A stretch of 64,000 bases of DNA, from positions 35,791 to 99,790 of the forward strand of contig CAZJMX010000007.1 in the NCBI GenBank assembly GCA_964547345.1. Direction: 5' to 3'. Shown in pieces: positions 1-8,917 of this stretch (its first letter is position 1; the number at the start of each line of letters is the position of its first letter). This DNA comes from an uncultured Smithella sp. Its GTDB lineage: Bacteria > Desulfobacterota > Syntrophia > Syntrophales > Smithellaceae. The translations under genes and the position numbers were made by a program. Under the pieces are notes generated by a model. The model worked only from the letters and a program-made list of their open reading frames with translations. It ran no database searches and was not told where the DNA came from.

Positions 1-99
1 GAAATACCCCGTAGCGATACACCAGGAAAACGTCCGGAAAAACCACAGCCCCAGCTTACGGGAAAGATAAACGCCTATTTTGTATGTAAGTTTTTTCAT
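1..99 (-). CDS. N-terminal 33 codons of an unidentified protein that continues off the left edge
   Basis: Reverse-strand ATG at 99..97, then an open frame MKKLTYKIGVYLSRKLGLWFFRTFSWCIATGYF running to position 1. It is too short for the ORF track. Function is not assignable; an acyltransferase would fit the neighbourhood but that is a guess. Confidence 0.35.
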   Translation of the reverse strand, partial: MKKLTYKIGVYLSRKLGLWFFRTFSWCIATGYF

Positions 100-207
100 T
101 AATTCATATCTTCATTTCTTTGAGCCCCCCGGAGGGGATCTTCATAATGGTTTTTTCTTACCCGTCACTTATTGCCTGTGGCCCATTACCCCTTACGCCT
201 CATGATT

Positions 208-1926
208 TCAAGCCCCGGCATACTTCCCCAAAGCCTTCAGTTTCGCGATTTCCTCTTTTTCCAGTGCATTGAAGGCTACTTTGCCGACCAGGGTTTTGGG
301 CAGATCGCTTCTGAACTCGATGGAACGGGGACAACTCCACTTGATCAGATGTTCACGGCAATAGTCAATCAGCTCTTTTTCAGTGTCGGGGCTTGCGTCC
401 GCAGGATCCTTCAGGACAACAAACGCCTTCACTGTCTGCACCTGCGCTTCATCGGGAACGCCGATCACACAGACTTCCTGCACTTTCGGATGTCGGTAGA
501 GCAGATCTTCCACCTGCGCAGGATAGACATTCATGCCGGATGATTTAATCATGCGCTTTTGCCGCAATTTGAAATAAAAAAATCCGTCTTCATCCATTGT
601 GCCGATGTCGCCTGTGTGCAGCCAGATGCGGCCATCTGCATGTCGTTTTAAAGTATTCTCGGTTTCCTCGGGATGGTCAAGATAACCCAGCATCACGGCA
701 GGACCGGACACACAGATTTCACCCTCTTCGCCCAACGGCGCTTCATCGGTTGTTTCCAGACGGACAATCTTGGCCAGCATATCCGGGAAAGGTACGCCGA
801 TGCTGCCTTCCCGGTAATAGCCCAGAGGCGTGGCCATAATGGCCGTGACGGCTTCCGTGAGTCCGTATCCTTCCAGAAGCTGCACGTTGCCGCCCTGCGT
901 CTTGACCATACTTTCAAATCGCTCTTTGACGGGCCGGGGCAAGGAATCCGCACCGGAAAAGGTGGCCCGCAGGCAGGCCAGATCGGCTTTGCGCATTTTG
1001 GGATTACGGGAAAGCGCGTCATACAGGGTGGGCACGCCAACCACAAAAGAAGGTTTGCGCGAACGAATCAGATCGGCAACTGTCTCCGGCGTAAAGATCG
1101 GCACCAGGATGCTTTTGCCTCCCCCCATGAAGCAGGCATTGATGCAAACACCCAAACCGAAACCATGAAAGATCGGCAAAATCGCCAGAATAGAATCCGC
1201 ACCGGAGAGCTTTCCCCATTCCGATACCTGTTTGCCTTCACTGATAAAATTCATATTGGAGAGCATGATACCTTTGGGTACGCCGGTTGTGCCGCCGCTG
1301 TAAAGAATGACAGCCAGATCGTCGGTGCTCATTTGCGACCGGGGTGCTTTGGCGTATTTGCCTTTCATGAGATCAGCCCACCACCTGACCATTTCGTCAG
1401 GCGGCACTTTCGGAATCAGGCGACCTTTGGTTAAATTAAACCCAATGCGTTTGAAGAGATTCAGGTAATCCGGAATCCGCGCCAGGATGAGCGTTTCTAA
1501 AGGCGTTATGCTTTGAACTTCCTTGAATTTGGCATAGAAAGCGTCGAGGGTCAGGGCAAAGCGGCTTTTAGCCACATTGAGGTAAAATTCAATTTCTTTG
1601 GCCGTGGAGAGGGGATGGATCATGCTGGCGACGGCGCCCAGTTTGTTTACGGCATAAAAGCAGATAATTCCTTGTGGCGATGTGGGCATGGCAATGGTGA
1701 TTCTCTCCCCTTTTTTAAGACCCAGCGATGCCAGAGCATCGGCACACTGACCAATCTCGGATATAAACTTGCGATAGGTCGATGTGTAGCCGAGAAAATC
1801 ATAGGCGATGGAATCGGGATTGTCCCGCGCCGTTTGAGCAAGCGCTTCATACAGGGTGACCCGAGGATAATCGATGGTATGCGGAACATGCTGATAAAAT
1901 TTCAACCAGGGTTTGAGCTCATACAT
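208..1926 (-). CDS. AMP-dependent acyl-CoA synthetase/ligase (FadD-like)
   Basis: 572-aa ORF with adenylate-forming motifs YSGGTTGVPKG, EGYGLTEA, HTGDIG, KRMIKSSGMNVYP and LPKTLVGKV. Confidence 0.9.
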   Translation of the reverse strand: MYELKPWLKFYQHVPHTIDYPRVTLYEALAQTARDNPDSIAYDFLGYTSTYRKFISEIGQCADALASLGLKKGERITIAMPTSPQGIICFYAVNKLGAVASMIHPLSTAKEIEFYLNVAKSRFALTLDAFYAKFKEVQSITPLETLILARIPDYLNLFKRIGFNLTKGRLIPKVPPDEMVRWWADLMKGKYAKAPRSQMSTDDLAVILYSGGTTGVPKGIMLSNMNFISEGKQVSEWGKLSGADSILAILPIFHGFGLGVCINACFMGGGKSILVPIFTPETVADLIRSRKPSFVVGVPTLYDALSRNPKMRKADLACLRATFSGADSLPRPVKERFESMVKTQGGNVQLLEGYGLTEAVTAIMATPLGYYREGSIGVPFPDMLAKIVRLETTDEAPLGEEGEICVSGPAVMLGYLDHPEETENTLKRHADGRIWLHTGDIGTMDEDGFFYFKLRQKRMIKSSGMNVYPAQVEDLLYRHPKVQEVCVIGVPDEAQVQTVKAFVVLKDPADASPDTEKELIDYCREHLIKWSCPRSIEFRSDLPKTLVGKVAFNALEKEEIAKLKALGKYAGA

Positions 1927-1993
1927 CTTCGCACCTCCTTTTATCTTATCTTCCGCCTTGTGCTCCTACGCTTCACTCTTCGCGTTTCACGCT

Positions 1994-4900
1994 TCACGAT
2001 TTTTTTCCCACAAACCACTTTTCTTCCACACCCGGGGTGGGTGAAGTATGAACCCGGACACCAAAACCGGCGGCGGCCATGAAACCGGCGATTTCTTTTT
2101 CCTGACGGAAGCGCTGCGGGATTTTTGTGAATTTCAGATGCGCTGCTTCGATCCAGCGTTTCCAGGGAACTTTTCTGCTCGATGGAACGGTAGCACGGAT
2201 CAATAACGTACCGCCGGATTCCAGCTTCTCATAGATGCGATGCAAAACCAATTGTAATTCTTCATCATTGACATAATGGAGCATGTCCAGCATGGTGACA
2301 TAATCAACGCTGCCATCGACGTGAGGCAGGTCGGGGGCCAGGCCTCCCTGCACATGGCCGCGCTCACCGATCACCCGGTTGGCAATCAATACCCTTTCTT
2401 CATCCGGTTCCAGGCCAAACACTTGTGCCTGCGGATAGATTTCCAGAAGCCAGGTGGCCGGGATGCCATAACCGCAGCCGATATCAATGATCCGGCGGGG
2501 ATTTTTCACATACTGATTCAGCTCGCGAAACATCGGATCAATAAGAATTTTAAGCCGGGCAAAAATACGCGGATAAGCGGGCAAGTGCCTGTAGCGTAAA
2601 ATCGTCCGACGCAGGTGCTCTTTGGAGCCAATCGCCAATGCGCCTGTTGGATATTGAACCTGCGCAAATATTTTTTCCATTAAATACGGCAAAATAAAAT
2701 AGGCCCCGATTAACGCATAGCCGATGCCTAAAAATGAGACTATCCCGATGCTCTTCAAAAGCGCATGGTCGGCAAAAATCAGAACGCCAAAACCGATCAG
2801 GGTGGTGCAAGCCGACAAAAACATCGAAAACTTGATGGTGTGCATGGCCGGACGTTTTTCGTCAAAGTTACGCTGATAATGGCAGATATAGTAAAGCGCA
2901 TAATCATCTCCCATGCCCATAATGATAATCCACAGCATGATGCCGGGAATATCCAGCGGATGGCCGATAAGCTTCATTGTGCCCAGCGTGGCGCAAAGCG
3001 CGAAAACAACCGGCGCCAGCGCCGCAAGCGACAAACGCCAGTCCAGAAAATGTAAAAAGGTGATGCAAACAAGCCCCAGGCTGATGATCAGGGCAATTTC
3101 CAGAAACATGTTTTTCAGAAAATCGCTAAGCCTTTTGTTGAACAAATCCGCATCGAAGAGTTTGACGAACCCCATGGTTGAAACGCTGTTATATAAATCA
3201 TCCGCGCTATAATTTCCCCCGGCGGTAAGCAGGCTCAATTGCGTAAACCCTCCCGGACTTTTGGCAATGCCCAGCATTTCAAAATATTTCGCAGGTATTG
3301 CAAAGACGCCGGGATCTCTTTGATCAACGATTTTCCAGAAGGGTGCAAAAGCACCGGGCGCAAAGCCGTTTGCAAGCGCCGCCGCATCAAGGTCCCGTTT
3401 CAGGGCCGCCACACGATCTTGATTCCAGAAACTGCGCCAGGCATCAAAATTGCGTTGAGCCGATGGTTGAGATGGGAATAAAACGGATGGCAGAAATACC
3501 GGAGCAAGTTTTTCTTTCTGCACATCAGTTGCCAGAAGCGTCATCAATTGTTCATTTTTTTTCTGCAATTCCTCCATACTCGACGCTTCCAGAAGAACGT
3601 AACTTTTTCCGGAAAGATTGCCCCAGGTCTCCTGCAATTTTTTTTCGGCGCTTATGGTTTCCTTGCTCATGGAATTCATCGCCTGCAAATCGACATTGAA
3701 GACCGGCTTGGCAAACATCAGCATGATCAAACCAAAGATAATCGCGGCGACCAGCTTCCATTTTGCCGGGGCGGCGATTTTGATCACCGCATTAAACAGG
3801 AAACGGTTGGGAAGGCGTTTGGAAGGCGGCATCGATGGAAATACTTTGGGAAACACAAAATGGACGAACAACAGGGCAAAAGCAACACCCAGCGCGGAAA
3901 AGACGCCGATTTCGGCCAGGATTTTAAAATCGCTGATCAAAAGCAGCAAAAATGCGCCAACGGTGGTCAGCGTCGCCATGAGCTCCGCCGACCAAACCTC
4001 GCGCGCCACCTGTTTGCCGTAAGTGGTGTAAGGCTGATCCAGAAAAAGCAGATACGCCATTCCCATATCCACTGTAAAGGCCATAATGGCGCCGCCGAAA
4101 CCAACAGACAGTATCGACATGGATTTGAATAAAAAAGAACAGACAAACAAGGCGGCAATGGCTCCCACCGTGGAGGGCAAAAGCGCCAGAAGACCAATCA
4201 GGGGACGGGGAAAAGCGAAGAGAATCAGAAGAATGATGCACACGGTCGTAAACGTTATGGCCAACTGCACATCGCGTTTGGCGATGGTTTCGTTATCCAG
4301 CGCGGCGCGGTAGGCGCCAACGGGCGTCAGGATGTACTGATCCTTTAGATCCTCATGGGCTTTTAGTTCCTGCCGGCAATCCTCGAGAAGTTTTTCAATT
4401 TGGATGGCTCTTGCAGAGTCTGTTCCCGATCCGGCAATGCGGGCAATAATCAGCGCATGACGGCCATCCGCGGAAAGCAGTTGGCCTGAATAAAACTGAG
4501 CTTGCTTGGCCGGAAGCAGCGCGGACATTTGCCCTAGAATGACGCCGGAAAACCCCAACGGGTCTTTGGACATCATCTCGGCCCGGCCGATGCCTTCGAG
4601 TTGTTCCAGGTTCTGCCGGTTTCGCGCCATCGCTTCCCGTATTTTTGCAGGCGTGAGAAGCGGCTTGATTTTTTGTTCCAGATCGGATGCGCTCAAAAGC
4701 GAGGGCAAATTACTGTTCACATGTAAGATCAGCTCCGGAAAAGAATTCGCTTCATCACTGATGCCGACTTTAGTAAACAAACCGCTCTTGTTTAATTTGT
4801 CCGTGAGAATAGACGCCGCTTTGACCAGCGAACCCTGATCACCGGATGCTTGTTCCAGATCAATAAAAATTTTATCCTGGATGGGTAAATGACTGATCAC

Positions 4901-5059
4901 CTGACGGGCGGAATTCAACACCGGATCGCTGTGCGGCAGCGATTCCAGAATATCGGTTTCAATTTTTAAAGAATGGGTCTCCCAGAAAAAAAGCAGACCG
5001 ACCATGACAGCGGTAACAATAACAATCGACCATTTGACGGGGTATTTTCGCGGCGGCAT
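1994..5059 (-). CDS. MMPL/RND-like predicted lipid exporter fused to a C-terminal class I SAM-dependent methyltransferase
   Basis: 1021-aa ORF. The N-terminal ~780 aa has two multi-TM bundles separated by large soluble loops, the ApeM-like 'predicted exporter' architecture. The C-terminal ~230 aa has SAM motif I (IIDIGCGYG), then FGLEPD and DYVTMLDMLHY. Confidence 0.85.
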   Translation of the reverse strand: MPPRKYPVKWSIVIVTAVMVGLLFFWETHSLKIETDILESLPHSDPVLNSARQVISHLPIQDKIFIDLEQASGDQGSLVKAASILTDKLNKSGLFTKVGISDEANSFPELILHVNSNLPSLLSASDLEQKIKPLLTPAKIREAMARNRQNLEQLEGIGRAEMMSKDPLGFSGVILGQMSALLPAKQAQFYSGQLLSADGRHALIIARIAGSGTDSARAIQIEKLLEDCRQELKAHEDLKDQYILTPVGAYRAALDNETIAKRDVQLAITFTTVCIILLILFAFPRPLIGLLALLPSTVGAIAALFVCSFLFKSMSILSVGFGGAIMAFTVDMGMAYLLFLDQPYTTYGKQVAREVWSAELMATLTTVGAFLLLLISDFKILAEIGVFSALGVAFALLFVHFVFPKVFPSMPPSKRLPNRFLFNAVIKIAAPAKWKLVAAIIFGLIMLMFAKPVFNVDLQAMNSMSKETISAEKKLQETWGNLSGKSYVLLEASSMEELQKKNEQLMTLLATDVQKEKLAPVFLPSVLFPSQPSAQRNFDAWRSFWNQDRVAALKRDLDAAALANGFAPGAFAPFWKIVDQRDPGVFAIPAKYFEMLGIAKSPGGFTQLSLLTAGGNYSADDLYNSVSTMGFVKLFDADLFNKRLSDFLKNMFLEIALIISLGLVCITFLHFLDWRLSLAALAPVVFALCATLGTMKLIGHPLDIPGIMLWIIIMGMGDDYALYYICHYQRNFDEKRPAMHTIKFSMFLSACTTLIGFGVLIFADHALLKSIGIVSFLGIGYALIGAYFILPYLMEKIFAQVQYPTGALAIGSKEHLRRTILRYRHLPAYPRIFARLKILIDPMFRELNQYVKNPRRIIDIGCGYGIPATWLLEIYPQAQVFGLEPDEERVLIANRVIGERGHVQGGLAPDLPHVDGSVDYVTMLDMLHYVNDEELQLVLHRIYEKLESGGTLLIRATVPSSRKVPWKRWIEAAHLKFTKIPQRFRQEKEIAGFMAAAGFGVRVHTSPTPGVEEKWFVGKKS

Positions 5060-5422
5060 GCAAACCTTTAAATTAACACCATTATTTTTCCATTTTTGCC
5101 TTGGTTTTTAAACCACATTTCCCGGACACTGGCAAGGGAAAAACCCGGCAAAAAAACTAATTTAATACACTAATAATATCAGCAGATTACATATCAATAG
5201 TTTTTTCAAAAAATGTTAAAGTTTTTTTCCTAAAATGTCGATTTAGAAATCGAACGAGTTTTCTGGGGTGTTTGTAAATAACTCAGGATGGCGGAATCGA
5301 ATAATGAAAAAACTACAGCGGCCTTTAGAAACCATTTTCCGTTTGAGGCCGAAAGAAATTGTAACATGATTCCAGCCGTATCGACGAAAACGGCACAACC
5401 GGAACTCGATATACCCTCCGTG

Positions 5423-5447
5423 GCCCCCTCCCGGGGGGTATTTTTTT
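5423..5447 (+). terminator. Terminator-like GC hairpin plus T-tract in the leader region upstream of the response-regulator operon
   Basis: GCCCCC-TCCCG-GGGGG followed by TATTTTTTT. It lies about 43 nt upstream of the 5490 start. There is no upstream plus-strand gene for it to terminate. Confidence 0.35.
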
Positions 5448-5489
5448 CCATCATCCACATACCATTGTTTTCATATAGGCGAGTATGAC

Positions 5490-7124
5490 GTGACGAAACG
5501 GGAAGAAAAACCTGAAATCAACCTGAAGATGAAGAAAGTTCTGGTGGTCGATGATTTTTTCAACTTTCGTCTGACCCTCAAGAATATGTTGCGTTCATTC
5601 GGCATTATGTATATCGACGACGCGGCCAACGGCGAAGAGGCCGTCAGGAAACTGTCGGTGCGCCGGTTTGACATCATCTTATGTGATTACAATCTCGGCC
5701 CCGGAAAATCCGGTCAGCAGGTTCTCGAGGAAGGCAAATTCCGCGGATATATCGGCTATGCCAGTATCTTTATTATGATCACGGCGGAAAACACGACGGA
5801 AATGATCATGGGCGCAATGGAATATCAGCCGGACGCCTACCTGATGAAGCCTTTCGCCAAGGAAGTCCTGGAAAAACGGATCAAGAGCATCGCCGTCAAA
5901 AAACTCAACATCCGGGACATCGAAAAAGCCATCACCGACAACGACTACGATCATGCCGTCCGCATTTGTGATGAACTGCTTGCGGAAAACCCCGGCAACT
6001 TATCTGAAATCATGAAGCTCAAAGGCGAAACCCTTCTTAAAAAAGGGGACTGCAAGCTGGCCGCGGAATTTTACGACAAAATTCTACAAATGGGCAATGT
6101 GGCTTGGGCACAACTAGGCCGGGGCCGGGTGGATTTTCTTTTGGGCAACTACGAGCGCGCCAAAGATGTTTTCGAACGCGTCATTGCGCAAAATGACAAA
6201 ATCATGCCTGCCTACGATTATCTGGCCAAGACATTATTGAAAATAGGCAACCCGCAAGAAGCCCAGGATGTCCTGGTCAAAGCCGTCGCCATCTCACCCC
6301 GGGCCCTCCTGCGACACAAAGATCTGGGTAATCTGGCCTACAGCAATGAAGACTTCAAGACCGCTGAGACATCTTTCAAAGCCGCGGTAGATCAGGGCAA
6401 AAATTCCTGTTTTAAAAATCCGTCGGACTACACCCATCTGGCCAAAACACTGGTGCATTGCGACGCGCCCCAGGAAGGCCTCAAGGTGCTGGGCCAAGCG
6501 CTTCGCGAATTTCCGGACAACAGCGATACGCGTCTTCATTTAAGCGTTGCCGAAAGCTATGTTTACACTAAAATGAATAAAACCGCCGAGGCCAAGCGGG
6601 CGCTGGCGGATGCGCAGAAGTTCGCGGCGGATCTCCCCTCCGAAATTCCCCATGATCTGGCGCTTGATCTGGCCCAAGCCTATCTCATGACAGGCAACAC
6701 GGCAAAAGGCACGGCCATCATAAAAAACATTGTAGGCAGCTATCACGACGACGAGGAAATTCTGGATCATATCCGCGCCGTCTTCAAGGAAACCGGGATG
6801 TCGGAACAGGGCGACGCGCTGATTGAAAGCACGCGCGATGAAATCCTCCGGCTCAACAACGACGGCGTCAAACTGGCGCGCGACGGCAAGATTGAAGAAG
6901 CCATCCTCTATTTTGATAAAGCGGCCGGACATTTGCCGGAAAACAAGATCATTAACGCCAACGCAGCGCATGTGCTGATGTTGTCCATGAAACAGAAGGG
7001 CGCAAACCCGGAAGGCTTAGCCAAAACCAAAACATATCTTGACAGAGTGCGGAGAATTGATGAAAGTTATGCCGATCTCAGCACTTTATTATCCATGTAT
7101 CGAGAACTGGCCGCCAAGGATTGA
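5490..7124 (+). CDS. Response regulator: receiver domain fused to a long TPR-repeat output region
   Basis: REC signature KVLVVDD ... IILCDYNLGPGKSG ... IMITAE ... LMKPF. The remainder is TPR-like helical repeats. The ORF-track start is GTG at 5490; the alternative is ATG at 5529. Confidence 0.85.
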   Translation: MTKREEKPEINLKMKKVLVVDDFFNFRLTLKNMLRSFGIMYIDDAANGEEAVRKLSVRRFDIILCDYNLGPGKSGQQVLEEGKFRGYIGYASIFIMITAENTTEMIMGAMEYQPDAYLMKPFAKEVLEKRIKSIAVKKLNIRDIEKAITDNDYDHAVRICDELLAENPGNLSEIMKLKGETLLKKGDCKLAAEFYDKILQMGNVAWAQLGRGRVDFLLGNYERAKDVFERVIAQNDKIMPAYDYLAKTLLKIGNPQEAQDVLVKAVAISPRALLRHKDLGNLAYSNEDFKTAETSFKAAVDQGKNSCFKNPSDYTHLAKTLVHCDAPQEGLKVLGQALREFPDNSDTRLHLSVAESYVYTKMNKTAEAKRALADAQKFAADLPSEIPHDLALDLAQAYLMTGNTAKGTAIIKNIVGSYHDDEEILDHIRAVFKETGMSEQGDALIESTRDEILRLNNDGVKLARDGKIEEAILYFDKAAGHLPENKIINANAAHVLMLSMKQKGANPEGLAKTKTYLDRVRRIDESYADLSTLLSMYRELAAKD

Positions 7125-7126
7125 AA

Positions 7127-7819
7127 ATGGAAGACAAAATGAACTTCTCCGACATTCTGGCCTCGACGCTTCACGACACCAAAAATTCCCTGGGGCTCCT
7201 GTTTAACAATCTGGAGGACATTATCGCCAGTTGCCGCGAACAAAACTGCGCGAGGCACGCTGATTTTTACGCACTGCAATATGAAATTCAACGCCTCAAT
7301 CACAGCCTCATCCGGCTGCTTTCGCTTTATAAGGCCGAAAAATCGCAGTTGGCCGCCAATATCGACTATCACGCTATCGACGATTTTCTGGAAGAAGTCG
7401 CCGTGGCGCATCAAAGGCTGCTTGCCTCACGCGGCATCCAGCTTGTAACGGAATGCGACAGCGGACTGATCTGGGCGTTCGACCGAAATCTGATCGGAGG
7501 CGTTCTTGACAACATTATCAACAATGCTTTCCGATACGCGCTCTCCACGGTCAAAATCCGCGCGTTTGCTGAAAACGGCTATCTCGTCGCGCAGATTGAA
7601 GACGACGGCAAGGGCTACCCGCCCGCCATGCTGATCAACGAAAACAAGCAGCCCCGATTCAAACAGGAAATCGATTTCAAAACAGGCAGCACGGGCCTGG
7701 GGCTTTATTTCGCTCTGATGGTCGCCGCGATGCATGTCAATCATGAAAAAGAAGGGTTTATCTCCATCATCAACGGCGGGGATTTGGGCGGAGGCGTCTT
7801 CTCCATTTACTTACCCTGA
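7127..7819 (+). CDS. Soluble histidine kinase (H-box plus HATPase_c, no obvious sensor domain)
   Basis: H-box STLHDTKNSL, N-box NIINNAFRYA, G1 EDDGKGYP, G2 GSTGLGLYFA. The start lies next to or overlaps the upstream stop (TTG 7121 or ATG 7127, against TGA 7122..7124). Confidence 0.8.
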   Translation: MEDKMNFSDILASTLHDTKNSLGLLFNNLEDIIASCREQNCARHADFYALQYEIQRLNHSLIRLLSLYKAEKSQLAANIDYHAIDDFLEEVAVAHQRLLASRGIQLVTECDSGLIWAFDRNLIGGVLDNIINNAFRYALSTVKIRAFAENGYLVAQIEDDGKGYPPAMLINENKQPRFKQEIDFKTGSTGLGLYFALMVAAMHVNHEKEGFISIINGGDLGGGVFSIYLP

Positions 7820-7835
7820 GGCAAGGAACAAACAC

Positions 7836-8648
7836 ATGGCGAGCAAAATTTCCAACATCACCGAACTTTTCCACAGGTTTCACGCATGCGAAATGCAGCT
7901 CAGGCAGGGTAAAATTGCCGCCTGCCTGATTGCGTTTCGCGAAGTCATCGAAAGAATGACAGCCATTCCCAAGACGGAAAAAGAAAAAAAAGAATTGCAT
8001 GCCGGCATTGAATTATTTTTAAAAGGCCTGTCGGCTCATAAAAAATTCCAGGAAATATTCGGCGTCGTAGCCTTCGGCGACACGGATCTGGAAACCAATC
8101 TGGAATTCATCAAAAGCATGATCATCGCCCAGGAAGAAGACATCATCGAACGCATCAAAAGAGAAGAGGAAGCCCTCGAAGCCCAAAGGCTGGAGATCGA
8201 TCAGGAACAACAAAGACAGCTGGAAGAAATGCGCAAAAAAATAGCGCAGGCGATTGAATTACTCGATTCGGGTGATCAGCCTGCGGCCATGGAGATTATC
8301 GGCGAAAGCGATGAAATCCGCGAAGCCGTCGAGCTTCACTATAACGACTCCGGCATGGAAAGCCGCGCCAATCAGGCATTTGACGAGGCCGTGCAACATT
8401 ATACCAAGGCGCTTATCGTATCGCCGGAAGACGAAAATCTGCATTATAATATGGGCCGCGCCCATTACGAGGCAGGTCGTCCGGACAAAGCGGAGAATTG
8501 CCTGGCGGATGCCATGAAGATCAATCCCGACTTTCAGGAAGGGGAAGTTTTTTACCAATATCTGCTCAAGCTCAACCACCCGGCACAAGCCCAGCCTGCG
8601 CATGAAAACAAATCCGGCGGGTTCCTCAAAAAAATATTCGGAAGATAG
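7836..8648 (+). CDS. TPR/coiled-coil protein, third gene of the RR-HK operon
   Basis: ATG at 7836 (MASKISNITELF...), chosen because the longer ORF from 7734 overlaps the kinase. It has an acidic coiled-coil segment (EEDIIERIKREEEALEAQRLEIDQEQQRQLEEMRKK) and C-terminal TPR-like repeats (HYNMGRAHYEAGRPDKAENCLADAMKINPD). Confidence 0.65.
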   Translation: MASKISNITELFHRFHACEMQLRQGKIAACLIAFREVIERMTAIPKTEKEKKELHAGIELFLKGLSAHKKFQEIFGVVAFGDTDLETNLEFIKSMIIAQEEDIIERIKREEEALEAQRLEIDQEQQRQLEEMRKKIAQAIELLDSGDQPAAMEIIGESDEIREAVELHYNDSGMESRANQAFDEAVQHYTKALIVSPEDENLHYNMGRAHYEAGRPDKAENCLADAMKINPDFQEGEVFYQYLLKLNHPAQAQPAHENKSGGFLKKIFGR

Positions 8649-8917
8649 GCTCTGCCTTTTACTTCTTCAACACTTCATCCAGACGGATGCCGACGGCTTA
8701 TTTCCTCCGGAGACTCCAGAGCCAAGCGGAAGCGTAGAAAGATGGCACAGCCAAGTCAAGGGCAATTTCCTAAAGAAAAAGAACTTAATAATCAAGCCCA
8801 TGGACCTTCGCTACCCGGTATTTTTTGAATCACTGAATAGAATTTGTAACGTCACCCCGGAAACGGTCGCGCGCCGACGCAATGCACAAATACGAGATAC
8901 GAACGACGAGATACAAT

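Noticed and set aside
673-1434. 253-aa plus-strand ORF, with siblings 597..839 and 830..1168, inside the acyl-CoA synthetase gene
   Set aside because: It is antisense to a gene with clear adenylation motifs. The composition is Arg/Gly/His-rich and not protein-like, which is typical of a shadow ORF in GC-rich coding DNA.
5288-5488. 66-aa ORF in the exporter/regulator intergenic region
   Set aside because: It has no RBS and an odd composition, and it runs straight through the terminator-like hairpin. The region is treated as non-coding leader instead.
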